From a virus (Duplodnaviria; Caudoviricetes), in the IMG/VR virus record IMGVR_UViG_3300042291_001547, positions 1-52,394 of that record: 52,394 nt of DNA; one strand, 5' to 3'. The notes beneath the pieces are model-generated. The model searched no databases, was not told where the DNA came from, and was given only the letters and a program-made list of their open reading frames with translations. Numbering within the stretch: position 1 is the first letter of the stretch; the number at the start of each line of letters is the position of its first letter. Shown one piece after another: positions 42,881 to 52,158 of the stretch. A program made the translations under genes and the position numbers.

Positions 42881-43423
42881 TCAAGCCAGGATGTCGTCGT
42901 CTTCTTCGACACCGAACACGTCGTCAACGTTGACCCCGCCGCCTGACAGTCGCACGCCGTCGCTCTTCTTCTGAATCGCTTCAAGCCCAGGGCTAACCCC
43001 TTTGTTCTGCGCGCTGGCGTAAGCGTAGAAGTTTATCACCACGTTCGCGTAGCAGCCGCTATAGAGCTGGTCGTCATCGAAGATCTCCTGCTTTTGCTGG
43101 TCAACAACCTTTGGCATACGGTTGTAGTTGGCGCAGCGTATCAGGTACATGCCACGGTTCTCTTCGCCGGCGTACTTGAACTGTCCGTCTTCCTTCGCGT
43201 CTCCGTCCAACAGCGGAGATTTGCTAGGACCTTTGCCAAGCTTTGCCGCGCCCGCCTCTTTAGCCGCCGCAATCGCCGCCCGGATCTCATCGAGCTGCGG
43301 GTGGTTCTTGGGAACTAAACAGGTGGTCGACCAAACGCGTTGGCCTTTATCGTTCAGCTTGCCTTTAACAGCAAAGCAGTAGGACAGTCGTGTGTTTCTT
43401 AATACGATTTGCGTGTTACTCAT
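42881..43423 (-). CDS. Single-stranded DNA-binding protein (DUF2815)
   Basis: RLSY, PLLDGD, YSGCYA.V.INFYAY...NKGV..GL.AIQK..DG.RL.GG, acidic tail. Confidence 0.9.
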   Translation of the reverse strand: MSNTQIVLRNTRLSYCFAVKGKLNDKGQRVWSTTCLVPKNHPQLDEIRAAIAAAKEAGAAKLGKGPSKSPLLDGDAKEDGQFKYAGEENRGMYLIRCANYNRMPKVVDQQKQEIFDDDQLYSGCYANVVINFYAYASAQNKGVSPGLEAIQKKSDGVRLSGGGVNVDDVFGVEEDDDILA

Positions 43424-44574
43424 AAGCCCTCCTGGGGCGTCTCGTCGTTGAAATAAGCCAGCGCGTCGTACGCTGGCCTCTTATCGGATTCCGGTACAAG
43501 CGTTGGCTTGCCAGCCGGTTTCTCGATTAGTGTGCCGAGTATTTCGGCGAATGCTTTCTTACCTAACAGTTTTTCCATGGCCGTTATGCCCAGCAAACTG
43601 TGCTCATATATCAGCGCAGCGTCATAACCTTTTTCTATCAATGCCTCAGCAACGGCGTCCTGGTCAACGTACCTTCTGTTGCTGCGTCCTTCAACAAGTT
43701 TAAAGCCGGGTATTGGTTTGCCAGACTCAAGCCTTTTAAAGCCCCAGTCCTTTACATCACTCAGCCACTTAATGACTTGATCCGCTCGCGCCAGGACTTG
43801 CGCCATCTGCTTGTCGGTCAGCATGTCAGGCGGCTCAAACGCGAAGGCCGTGTCGACCAACTCTTGCGCCGCTTGGTTACGCTTTGGACAGGTGAACCTT
43901 GCCCGGCAAAAATAGCTGTGGCAGTGATCGCCTGCGACCATCTCGCCCTGGCCTTCCCAGGCGATCAACGCTTTGGGCACCACGACGTTCTCTGCCCACA
44001 ACAGCAGATCCTCGACGGTCATCTCTTCATAGCCCCAGTTATCAAGCCGTGGCTGCAAGACGTGGGTGCGCACCCGACGTATGTCGTACAGGTGGTTCAT
44101 CTCGTTGTACGCGCCCAGCCCGTATAGCCGCATCTGACTATTACCGGTAGGCGACACACCAACACCTTTGCCGTACTTCAGATCTGCAATCTCAACCAGG
44201 TCGTCAGTGATGATGACCAGGTCTCCGGTGCCAAAGCCTTCGGGTACCCAAGGGCTGAAGTCAAGCTTGCGCTCGACGTAGATGACCGGGTCTGCGCAGC
44301 GCTCACGCGCTTGCTCGATCAGCGTCACCGCGTAGTCCACGGCGCACTGGACGTGATCCATCATGTCCACCGTGATGCCTTCGGGCACAGCACTGCCCGG
44401 CACGCCCAGATAGATGTTCAACATCTGCTCAAAGACCTCATGCGCCAGGGTGCCCTCCGCCGCGAACGCGCTGTCCTCGTCGACGAACTTGTCTTCGAGT
44501 TGCGCGCTTGGCGTGCAGACCAGCCACTTGCCGCTGCTTGAGGCAGAGAGCACGGCGTGCTTACGTTCACTCAT
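43420..44574 (-). CDS. DUF2800 Cas4-like PD-(D/E)xK nuclease
   Basis: HAVLSASS..KW..C.PS, AAEGTLAH, GFGTGD, DLKYGKG, QMRLY.LG, QPRL, G.HC..FC....CP, KLVEGRSNR, KP.GKPTL.PESDKRP. Confidence 0.92.
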   Translation of the reverse strand: MSERKHAVLSASSSGKWLVCTPSAQLEDKFVDEDSAFAAEGTLAHEVFEQMLNIYLGVPGSAVPEGITVDMMDHVQCAVDYAVTLIEQARERCADPVIYVERKLDFSPWVPEGFGTGDLVIITDDLVEIADLKYGKGVGVSPTGNSQMRLYGLGAYNEMNHLYDIRRVRTHVLQPRLDNWGYEEMTVEDLLLWAENVVVPKALIAWEGQGEMVAGDHCHSYFCRARFTCPKRNQAAQELVDTAFAFEPPDMLTDKQMAQVLARADQVIKWLSDVKDWGFKRLESGKPIPGFKLVEGRSNRRYVDQDAVAEALIEKGYDAALIYEHSLLGITAMEKLLGKKAFAEILGTLIEKPAGKPTLVPESDKRPAYDALAYFNDETPQEGL

Positions 44575-44782
44575 CGTGCAGCACCTTTGGCACCCTGGAG
44601 AACATCTCGGTTTTAAACCAAACCTGCGCGTTCTGACAGATCTCTTCGACGTGGGTGTTCATGTAGGCGAACATGATCTGCGCGCCGCTGGGCATCGTGT
44701 CTGGCGGTAGTCCGTCAACAGTGCCTGTAATATCAACCGCTCCGGTGTCCAGGTTATCTTCAAATATTATTGTTGCTCGCAC
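44567..44782 (-). CDS. Hypothetical protein
   Basis: GAGG RBS; overlapping operon arrangement. Confidence 0.6.
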   Translation of the reverse strand: MRATIIFEDNLDTGAVDITGTVDGLPPDTMPSGAQIMFAYMNTHVEEICQNAQVWFKTEMFSRVPKVLHDE

Positions 44783-45144
44783 AGTGCCAGTCCTCTTGAG
44801 TAGATTTCGTCTAGTTTATCCGTGGGTATGCTTTTTAGATTTGTTGCCCCGTATTCAGCAAACAGCGCCGTTATCGGCTTTTTATCTTTGAGTGTTGCAA
44901 ACAACGCGCGAACCTCTTCAAGCGTTCTCGTCGGTTCTGCCGGCGGATGTTTAAGTTCTGCCGGCGGATGTTTAAGTTCTGCCGGCGTCAGCGTAACGTT
45001 CTCAAGCGTCGGCGGCGTAACTGCTACTGACGCCGGTGGCTTAACAGTCACGCCGTCCGGATCTGCTTCAGCCAGGTGAAGCAGCATGGCCGCAAGGGCG
45101 CGCAGCTGTGCAGGGTGTTCTCTTCCGTCTATTTCTATCTTCAT
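44767..45144 (-). CDS. Hypothetical protein of the kind that precedes DUF2800 genes
   Basis: Pro-rich linker with a 21-bp duplication (AELKHPP), C-terminal TLEEVR...LFAEYGA.NL..I; GGAGG RBS. Confidence 0.75.
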   Translation of the reverse strand: MKIEIDGREHPAQLRALAAMLLHLAEADPDGVTVKPPASVAVTPPTLENVTLTPAELKHPPAELKHPPAEPTRTLEEVRALFATLKDKKPITALFAEYGATNLKSIPTDKLDEIYSRGLALCEQQ

Positions 45145-45178
45145 GCTTGTGTCCTCCCGGGACATGTCTTGAGGTACA

Positions 45179-45265
45179 AAGACTACATCAACTGGATAAA
45201 CCCGTGCAAGAGGTTTATTTATTACGACAAACGCTTGATTAATTATTCGTGGCCATCGTACTCTA
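45179..45265. promoter_or_regulatory. Divergent promoter region
   Basis: AT-rich gap between divergent operons; minus strand TTGCAC-18-TAGTCT, plus strand TTGATT-18-TACTCT. Confidence 0.5.
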
Positions 45266-45283
45266 TCGCTCCCGAGGTATTTT

Positions 45284-45466
45284 ATGTTGTCACTTGTAAT
45301 CACACCGGAAGCCCTGGCCAAGTTAATCCTTGGTGAGGCTTTAGTATTCCGGCTCCCCGATTCTGGAGAGCCGGTTCAAATCTATGTTTATGAGCAGGGC
45401 TATATCGACGAAAGCGTAGCGGCCGCGATACTGGAAGTCCTGCCTTTTATTGGGGAGAAGCACTGA
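45284..45466 (+). CDS. Hypothetical protein
   Basis: GAGGT RBS; first gene of the rightward cluster. Confidence 0.6.
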   Translation: MLSLVITPEALAKLILGEALVFRLPDSGEPVQIYVYEQGYIDESVAAAILEVLPFIGEKH

Positions 45467-45645
45467 TGTGGATCACATGCACATACGACGACGAGGGGGA
45501 GATTACTAACCCCGAGTACGTCAACGCGCCAGACGATTCGTTCTGGTGGATCGACAAAAGCAACAGACTGCACACGGTGATGATGAAGTCTGCTGTTTGG
45601 TTTCGTCCTGATCGGATCGCGCGCGTAGGTCACCCAGATGAATAA
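45466..45645 (+). CDS. Hypothetical 59-aa protein (not in the ORF track)
   Basis: TGATG coupling, GGGGAG RBS; MWITCTYDDEGEITNPEY... Confidence 0.55.
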   Translation: MWITCTYDDEGEITNPEYVNAPDDSFWWIDKSNRLHTVMMKSAVWFRPDRIARVGHPDE

Positions 45646-45886
45646 GGATAGCGCGGCGGCTCACTGCAAGCGAGTGGGCATCACGGCCAAGGCACTGGCC
45701 GGGCATCACGATGTGCCGGCAGACCGGGTCAGCTACTGGTACCGGGAGAACCGGAAGTTATTTGATCACAAATTGGCAGAGGCGGCGGTGGCCGCGAGGG
45801 GGCGTAATGAAAGCAGAAGAGATACTAACCAAGGCGGCTGGGCACTTGGCAGACCGTGCCAAGACGTACGACAAGCCCGAAGGTGA
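45638..45886 (+). CDS. Putative HTH DNA-binding protein
   Basis: CKRVGITAKALAGHHDVPADRVSYWY. Confidence 0.5.
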   Translation: MNKDSAAAHCKRVGITAKALAGHHDVPADRVSYWYRENRKLFDHKLAEAAVAARGRNESRRDTNQGGWALGRPCQDVRQARR

Positions 45887-46406
45887 GCGCAGCATGGAGA
45901 AGACCGTGCAGATGTTCAACACACTGGCAGGCACGCAGCTGACGACTGAACAAGGCTGGATGTTTATGGTGATCCTGAAGATGGTTCGTTCCCAGCAGGG
46001 TGACTACAAGGCTGATAACTACGAAGACGGCGCTGCTTACTTTGCACTGGCTGGGGAGCGGACGAGTACGCCGAAGAAGCTGAAACTACCGCCTCTATTG
46101 CAATTCGGTGCGCAGCAGTGTTTACGTTGCGGGGCAACTGGAAAAGAGCCACTTGGTCACCATCTAGGTTGTCCGAATGCGCCAGACGAGCGCCCAAGAC
46201 AAACCCGGCGACAGCAGCTCATCTCAGCAGGCATACCCGCGCATGAGTTTGACGGAATAACTGACTCCGACTTGGACGGGATCGCTACCGACGTACCCTC
46301 TAAATCACTGGCCGAGGCGTTCATTTGGGAGGACACCACGCAGGGGAAAGAGCACTGGGAAAAATGGGAATCGTTGCTGGACGGAGAGAACAACAATGAA
46401 AAATGA
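45807..46406 (+). CDS. DUF6378-like protein with C-terminal extension
   Basis: IL..A.....DRA.TYD...GERSM...F......LT...GW.FM..LK.VR.......DNYEDG.AY.AL.GE. Confidence 0.75.
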   Translation: MKAEEILTKAAGHLADRAKTYDKPEGERSMEKTVQMFNTLAGTQLTTEQGWMFMVILKMVRSQQGDYKADNYEDGAAYFALAGERTSTPKKLKLPPLLQFGAQQCLRCGATGKEPLGHHLGCPNAPDERPRQTRRQQLISAGIPAHEFDGITDSDLDGIATDVPSKSLAEAFIWEDTTQGKEHWEKWESLLDGENNNEK

Positions 46407-46554
46407 AGACAAGATTATGGGTTCGATCCTTGTGTTTGTGTTTTGCCTGATCGTAGTGATCATCATAATGCAGCAGCGGGAGGTACCGCAGGTACGCCAC
46501 GCCATGGAAGCATCATACGGTGAAGTACCGAAGCCGCAGAGGCATGGGGAATGA
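46396..46554 (+). CDS. Small membrane protein
   Basis: GGAGAG RBS; hydrophobic ILVFVFCLIVVIII. Confidence 0.55.
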   Translation: MKNEDKIMGSILVFVFCLIVVIIIMQQREVPQVRHAMEASYGEVPKPQRHGE

Positions 46555-46614
46555 AACACAACGCGCATTACATGGCTTGGATACTGCACCGGATCAGGTG
46601 CAGGGAGGTGGGGA

Positions 46615-47478
46615 ATGAGTGACAGAGAGTTAATTGCAGCCGCGCAGGCACTGATCGACGGCGACAGAGCTGAGGCATGGAGGTATCCCACTGAGTGGGA
46701 GCTGTTAGTTGCACGTCTTAAGATAGCCGCCCAAGCCCAAGCGGTAAACGGAAGCACCTCGGACGGGTATCACACTTTCGATGAGTTATACGAGTTCCGC
46801 AAGGCATACAACGCTGCATTTTTTAACGAACTTGCAGCAAATAATAGATGCCACGTACACAAGTCTTGGAAACACCATGACGGAGAGCCATGCTTTGGCG
46901 GCGGCTGGTTTATTGTGGTTGCCGTGTTACCAGACGGGCAGATTAGTAATCACTATGAAGCAGCATACTGGGACTTATTTAGGGTTCCTGAGACAGAAAA
47001 AGCATTGTTTGAATTTGATGGGCATACAGGTGCAGATGTTATTGCTCGACTTTGCTCATACAAGCCACAAGCCCAAGTGAGTGACGGGGAGACTCCGGTA
47101 GCATGGCGCACAGATGACTACGCTGACGACTTTTCAGCAACGACATACGACCGTAAATTAGCAGAGGTGTGGAAGAAAAAAGGATGGTGGGTAGGGGCGC
47201 TGTATGCAAGCCCACAACCAGCACAGCCCTGCCCATACATCGTCAACGGCGGCGAAGGCACAAGCTGGTGCAGACTGGCAGCAAGGGCGCAGGTCAATCA
47301 GCAGTTGCTGGAGTCGGAACTGACAGGCGCGCAATGGTCTACTGCCCGCAAAGTGTTTGAGGAATACGCAAACAAAGTGAACAGCGCGGACAAATATGAA
47401 ATGGCTTCTGCTTATATGGATGCAGCGCCTCAAGCAATTTATGATGCCATCGCAGCGGCACAGGAGCAGGGGAAATGA
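46615..47478 (+). CDS. Mosaic hypothetical protein with WDGH-like domain
   Basis: SDGYHTFDELY...KSWKHHDG...GWFIV...LP.GQIS.HY...WDLF...FDGHT. Confidence 0.7.
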   Translation: MSDRELIAAAQALIDGDRAEAWRYPTEWELLVARLKIAAQAQAVNGSTSDGYHTFDELYEFRKAYNAAFFNELAANNRCHVHKSWKHHDGEPCFGGGWFIVVAVLPDGQISNHYEAAYWDLFRVPETEKALFEFDGHTGADVIARLCSYKPQAQVSDGETPVAWRTDDYADDFSATTYDRKLAEVWKKKGWWVGALYASPQPAQPCPYIVNGGEGTSWCRLAARAQVNQQLLESELTGAQWSTARKVFEEYANKVNSADKYEMASAYMDAAPQAIYDAIAAAQEQGK

Positions 47479-48014
47479 AAACATATTACTTGATCCATGA
47501 GACAACAAAAGAACATGTACTTTGTAAACCCGGCAAACCGTTGCAGTGCATTGGCTACAAGACCGTCGAAGCCGACTCCGAAGGCTGGATCAAGCACACA
47601 GGGGATGAGTGTCCGTTGCCGGATGACGCACCCTGCTTAATCAGATTTAAATCTGACCACGAATCCGGCCGAACGGATGGTACCCACTGGCATTGGGACA
47701 TTGGGACAATAACCCACTACCGCCCCATCCTCACCGAGCAAGCGGAGCCGGTAAAAGAGCCAGACTACGACCCGCGCTCAGTGTCGTTTAACCCCAAGTC
47801 AATAACTGAAATGATTAATGAGTCTGGCGCAAAAGCATCTCCGTGTATAGACGTTATTACTCGGTTGAGCATTGCGCATAGCTCGGCGCAGCAGATACCC
47901 GACCTTGAAGCTGAGTTGCGGGAAGTGCTTGGCAGTATGGGGTATGACCTTGTGGCAAGGAGTCCGTTCACACAGCAGCGCCACGGCGCACAGGAGAATA
48001 ACAATGAAATATAG
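47475..48014 (+). CDS. Hypothetical phage protein
   Basis: WIKHTGDECP...W.W...ITHYR; coupled ORF. Confidence 0.7.
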   Translation: MKTYYLIHETTKEHVLCKPGKPLQCIGYKTVEADSEGWIKHTGDECPLPDDAPCLIRFKSDHESGRTDGTHWHWDIGTITHYRPILTEQAEPVKEPDYDPRSVSFNPKSITEMINESGAKASPCIDVITRLSIAHSSAQQIPDLEAELREVLGSMGYDLVARSPFTQQRHGAQENNNEI

Positions 48015-48336
48015 AAAAAGGCCGGTAGTGATTGAAGCAACTCAGTGGTTTAAAAACGGGGATCATCCGCTTGACTATGTCAGCGACCCCGCGTCACACC
48101 GCAAGGCAAATAACTGGGAAGGGGAAGTGGTGCGGTATTTTCGTCATCCGGACAAAGCGTACGCCGGTGAGCGTGAGTGTGAAAAGTGCGGTCAGATAAT
48201 GCACTTGCATGGCTGGATCGACACGCTTGAAGGCGGTCACATTGTCTGCCCCGGCGACTGGATTATCACAGGCGTAAAGGGCGAACACTACCCCTGCAAG
48301 CCAGATATTTTTGAACTGACTTATGAGGCAGTTTAA
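48004..48336 (+). CDS. Conserved phage protein (PGDYG-like) with CxxC..H insert
   Basis: MKYRKRPVVIEA.QW...I.TLEG...V.PGDWII.GVKGE.YPCKPDIF..TYE. Confidence 0.85.
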   Translation: MKYRKRPVVIEATQWFKNGDHPLDYVSDPASHRKANNWEGEVVRYFRHPDKAYAGERECEKCGQIMHLHGWIDTLEGGHIVCPGDWIITGVKGEHYPCKPDIFELTYEAV

Positions 48337-48360
48337 GCGCCACGGCGCACAGGGGGAGTG

Positions 48361-48615
48361 ATGGAAACTAAAGAACAAACAACAGCAGCATTTAAAGCAG
48401 AGCTTCAAGCATTGCTCGACAAGTACAGCGCAGAGCTTGAGGCAAAAGACCATTGGGAAGGCTACTCAGAGACCGGGGAGGATGTGCGTATGACAGTAGA
48501 CATTCCGGCGATTTACGATAGCGAACACAACTGCCTGCGTGAGTATACTGAGATTGATCTAGGCTCATACATATGGCCGACTGAGAAACAACAGCGCCAC
48601 GGCGCAGGAGAATGA
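48361..48615 (+). CDS. Hypothetical acidic protein
   Basis: GGGGAG RBS; flanked by the repeat motif. Confidence 0.65.
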   Translation: METKEQTTAAFKAELQALLDKYSAELEAKDHWEGYSETGEDVRMTVDIPAIYDSEHNCLREYTEIDLGSYIWPTEKQQRHGAGE

Positions 48616-48616
48616 A

Positions 48617-48928
48617 GTGACAGACAGAGAATTGCTTGAAGCTGCGGCGAAGGCTGTTGGGTATGAAGTAACGTGGGACGAAAAGCTTGGAGACTTTACT
48701 GAAAAAAAGTGGTTTTCGTACACTTGGAACCCGCTCACCTCGGACGAAGATGCATTCAGGCTTATGGTGGATTGTGAGATGGAAGTAACGATTTACATCA
48801 CTAATGTCAGAGTAGAACACCCAGACGCCACGCCACGCGGGGCGGTTACCGAGAGATACTCCGACCACAACAACGACAAACACGCTGCAACCCGTCGAGC
48901 AATCGTCAGGGCTGCGGCAGGAGAATGA
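48617..48928 (+). CDS. Hypothetical phage protein
   Basis: TDRELLE.AAKA.G...WNPL....DAFRL...AATRRAIVRAAA. Confidence 0.75.
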   Translation: MTDRELLEAAAKAVGYEVTWDEKLGDFTEKKWFSYTWNPLTSDEDAFRLMVDCEMEVTIYITNVRVEHPDATPRGAVTERYSDHNNDKHAATRRAIVRAAAGE

Positions 48929-48929
48929 G

Positions 48930-49097
48930 ATGAACTATAAAGAATCAGCCCTGTACGAACGGGGGCAGAAGTACAAACAGTTTGGTGAGATGCTGATGGA
49001 CGAGAACACAACCATCGTGAAGCTGTCGGATTTTGCTTTAGAAAACGGGTTTGAACTTCAACTGCAGGTCAAGCCTGCTACTGAGCCGCAGGAGTAA
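48930..49097 (+). CDS. Hypothetical 55-aa protein (not in the ORF track)
   Basis: AGGAG RBS; MNYKESALYERGQKY... Confidence 0.55.
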   Translation: MNYKESALYERGQKYKQFGEMLMDENTTIVKLSDFALENGFELQLQVKPATEPQE

Positions 49098-49150
49098 CAC
49101 CGGCAACCCGCTCGCCGGTTTAAGAGCGGAAACTTATGGAGATAAAACCC

Positions 49151-49519
49151 ATGAAAGATGAAGTATTGTCTGAGATGAGCGACTGGAGGAACTGGCGGGA
49201 AGGAGATTGGATAGAATGTCTCTCCAATTTTGATGGAGGGCTTACCGCAGGCATGTTGTATACGTTGTTGAGCGTCGATTACCCTGGTGTGTACGTATTT
49301 CGCGACGACGATGGCGAAGAAAACGGAGCCTTAATAACGGATTTTCGCTGGCACAGTCGGCCAGTTATGCCGTTAACAGCCATGCAAAGTAGAGCTGCGA
49401 TAAAAGTGTTGCTTGAAAAAATTACCAGCGACCTTACCCCGGACGGGGCGCTCAAGTACACGCAGGCGGTGCTGAACCTTACCCACGCCGAGGCGACGCT
49501 GGCGAACATGCGTAAATAA
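49151..49519 (+). CDS. Hypothetical protein
   Basis: GGAG RBS; MSDWRNWREGD.IEC...FRWHSRP followed by a helical segment. Confidence 0.65.
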   Translation: MKDEVLSEMSDWRNWREGDWIECLSNFDGGLTAGMLYTLLSVDYPGVYVFRDDDGEENGALITDFRWHSRPVMPLTAMQSRAAIKVLLEKITSDLTPDGALKYTQAVLNLTHAEATLANMRK

Positions 49520-49576
49520 AACCACGCTGCCATGGACGGCGGCACAACAGCGCCACGGCGCATAAAGGGAAATAAC

Positions 49577-49753
49577 ATGGACCATCGTGTCAAGTATATG
49601 ATCGATCTGATCGAAGATTGTAAGCAAGCCATGGGTGCTCACACAAACGAGCAAGCTTTTGAGCACCCGCAAGACCGCGCCAGGATAATAGCTGCTCTGG
49701 TAGTCGCCGATAGTTTCAACGGCCTGCGCAAAGCCATGGTCGAGGGGCGGTGA
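49577..49753 (+). CDS. Hypothetical protein
   Basis: AAGGG RBS after the repeat motif; stop overlaps the primase start. Confidence 0.6.
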   Translation: MDHRVKYMIDLIEDCKQAMGAHTNEQAFEHPQDRARIIAALVVADSFNGLRKAMVEGR

Positions 49754-52158
49754 TTATGTATCTGCCCGAAGCACTGACCGTATTACATGAGTTCGAGCTG
49801 GTGCCTGTTGCGCCTGGTGGCAAGCGGCCAATAGGTGAGAACTGGGAGTCCGGCCTGCCTACCGCCACGCTGCAGGAGATCGCTCGGCGGCACCCAACGG
49901 CTAACGTTGGCGTGCTCGCCAGGCGAAGACCCGCCGTGGACATCGACATCACCGACGAAGCCTGCGCCGAGGCCGTGCAGATGGCCGCCGAGATGGAGCT
50001 GGGCATCGCCCCGGTGCGCGTCGGCCAGGCGCCTAAGCGTCTGCTGATGTACCGCACCGACAAACCTTTTCGCAAGATGAAGGTGTTCCTGACCGCGCCT
50101 GACGGCGCATCGAAGGACGCCGATGGCAAGGAATACGCCGTTGAGTTCCTGGGCGAGGGTCAGCAGTACGTCGTCGAGGGCGTGCACCCATCCGGCAAGG
50201 GCTACGCCTGGGACACCGAGTCCTGGTGGGACCAGCCTCTGTGCGTGGTGAACGAAGACAGCGCCCGGGACTTCCTCGACGTGCTGCCGATCTACCTGCC
50301 GCCCGGCTGGACGGTGCGCTCCAAGGTTGCCCCTGTCACGGGCGGCGACGAAGACGACGACCTGCTGCTGTTAGCCCAGCGTCCGCTCGATGACTGGGAC
50401 ATTAACCGCGTGATCGCTGACATACTGCCCTACCTTGACCCTGACTGCGGGTACGACGAGTGGCTGCGCATTGGCCAGGCGTTGCACCACCAGGGCGAGG
50501 GCGACGCGGAGTGGCTGCAGCTGTGGGACGACTGGTCCTCAGCTGGCGCGAGCTGGGCGGAGGGCGTCTGCAGCGGCAAGTGGGACAGCTTCGGTGGCTA
50601 CTCTCGCCGTCGCGTCACGCTGGCCACGCTTATCTTTGAGACCAAGGCTGCGCGCGACGCTGCTCGGGTGGCCGCGTCCGGGGCAACGGTCGCGACGCTG
50701 CGCGCCCGGGTGGCGTTGGCCACTGACCTGGCTGATCTGGAGGTGACCATCTCCCGCGACGCACGGGGCGTTAAGATGTTAGAGGTCGACCGCGAGGGCC
50801 TGGCCGTGGACATCCGTAACCGGGTGCGCGAGCTGGGCGGTAACATAGGGCTGGGTATCGTCCGAGGCTGGCTTCGGCCGGCGAGGGTGACCCGCGACAA
50901 CGACGCTGCTGCGTTAGACGCTCCGCTGTGGGCTAAGGAGTGGGTGTTCTGCGCCAACGGGGACAAGTTCTTCAGCCTGGTGAACAAGCAGCAGGTCACC
51001 GCGTTTGGCTTTCGAGCCATGCACAACCGGCTGATGCCCGTTGACCTTGACACCGGTGAGCGGGCGCGCGCTGATGTCGCCTGCCTGGAGCAGTGGTCTA
51101 TCCCTGTCGTTGACAACCTGGCCTACGTCCCATGGGCAGGCGCTGTGTTCGAGATGTCAGGCTGCCGCTGGGCTAACCTGTTCAGAGACGATCTGGTGCC
51201 CGAGGTGCCTATCGAGATGACCGAGGAGGACTGGGACGCGGTGCGCGTTGTCCAGGCTCACGCTGCGGTTATGTTCCCCGACGAGCGCGAGCGCGAGCTG
51301 CTGCTGTCCTGGTGCGCATGGCAGGTGCAGAACCCAGGGGTGAAGGTGCGATGGGCGCCTTACCTGTTCGGACTGGAGGGCGACGGTAAGTCGTTCTGGG
51401 GTTCACTGGTCGGCTCTGCCATGGGGTCTATCAACGTGCGATCGATAACCGCCAAAGTGCTGGAGAGTCCGTTCACCGGGTGGACGGTGGGCGCTGCGGT
51501 TATTATGTTGGAGGAGATGAAACAGCATGGCCATAACCGGTTCGATGTGATGAACGCACTCAAGCCGCTGATCACCAATGACGTGGTTGAAGTCCATCCC
51601 AAGGGTCGGGACCCGTACATGGCGCCGAACACGGCCAACTATTTGTTGCTGTCTAACTACATGGACGGGGCGCCGGTGACGGATTCAGACAGGCGGTACC
51701 TGTTCCTGCGTTCGGCAGTTGAGCTGGATGAGGTGCGTAAGATGGACGCCGACGGGTACTTCGGTCGGCTGTTTAACGTTGTGCATAACCGGGCTGGTGC
51801 GATTCGTGCCTGGCTCCTGGGATACGACTTACACCCGGAGTTTTCAGCCAATGGCAGGGCACCCGTGACTGACGTCAGGGGCGCCGTGATCGAGGCAGTG
51901 AAGACAGATTTGGAGTCTGTTCTGGAGGATGTACTTGAAGATGAGGGGTTCGGAGATACGCTTGCGATCGCGGATCTGGTTACCGCTTTGAAATTGGCGG
52001 GGGTTGTTGAGGTGTCGGATCGGGGGATTGCGTCGGCGCTGGGTAAGCTTGGTTACTCTTTTGTTGCGAGAGTTCAGGTGAACGGGAGACGGGCGAGAGT
52101 GTGGAGTCGCAAGATTAGGACGGCGGAAGAGGCAAAAACGTGGGCTGCCCACATCTAA
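49750..52158 (+). CDS. Primase-polymerase / PriCT-2 / SF3 helicase fusion
   Basis: GGKRP..W, AVDIDI, G.QYV..G.HP (prim-pol); YDEWLRIGQALH..W..WS (PriCT-2); G.EGDGKS Walker A, IMLEE, LSNY (helicase). Confidence 0.9.
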   Translation: MIMYLPEALTVLHEFELVPVAPGGKRPIGENWESGLPTATLQEIARRHPTANVGVLARRRPAVDIDITDEACAEAVQMAAEMELGIAPVRVGQAPKRLLMYRTDKPFRKMKVFLTAPDGASKDADGKEYAVEFLGEGQQYVVEGVHPSGKGYAWDTESWWDQPLCVVNEDSARDFLDVLPIYLPPGWTVRSKVAPVTGGDEDDDLLLLAQRPLDDWDINRVIADILPYLDPDCGYDEWLRIGQALHHQGEGDAEWLQLWDDWSSAGASWAEGVCSGKWDSFGGYSRRRVTLATLIFETKAARDAARVAASGATVATLRARVALATDLADLEVTISRDARGVKMLEVDREGLAVDIRNRVRELGGNIGLGIVRGWLRPARVTRDNDAAALDAPLWAKEWVFCANGDKFFSLVNKQQVTAFGFRAMHNRLMPVDLDTGERARADVACLEQWSIPVVDNLAYVPWAGAVFEMSGCRWANLFRDDLVPEVPIEMTEEDWDAVRVVQAHAAVMFPDERERELLLSWCAWQVQNPGVKVRWAPYLFGLEGDGKSFWGSLVGSAMGSINVRSITAKVLESPFTGWTVGAAVIMLEEMKQHGHNRFDVMNALKPLITNDVVEVHPKGRDPYMAPNTANYLLLSNYMDGAPVTDSDRRYLFLRSAVELDEVRKMDADGYFGRLFNVVHNRAGAIRAWLLGYDLHPEFSANGRAPVTDVRGAVIEAVKTDLESVLEDVLEDEGFGDTLAIADLVTALKLAGVVEVSDRGIASALGKLGYSFVARVQVNGRRARVWSRKIRTAEEAKTWAAHI

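Larger units (their letters stand above)
47977..49562 (+). repeat. Four dispersed copies of AGCGCCACGGCGCA at gene junctions
   Basis: Copies at 47977-47990, 48336-48349, 48593-48606 and 49549-49562. Confidence 0.85.

Noticed and set aside
21125-44985. Short coding tandem repeats (~21130, 24733, 27127, 28735, 44935) as phase-variation loci
   Set aside because: All unit lengths are multiples of three in low-complexity linkers, so they cannot shift the frame
49093-49135. TAACAC...GCCGGT..AAG resembling a twister ribozyme
   Set aside because: The P1/P2/P4 pairings and twister pseudoknots cannot be built
47977-49562. CRISPR mini-array interpretation of the 14-mer repeats
   Set aside because: Repeats are too short and are separated by whole genes of irregular length; no cas genes (DUF2800 is a routine phage Cas4-like nuclease)
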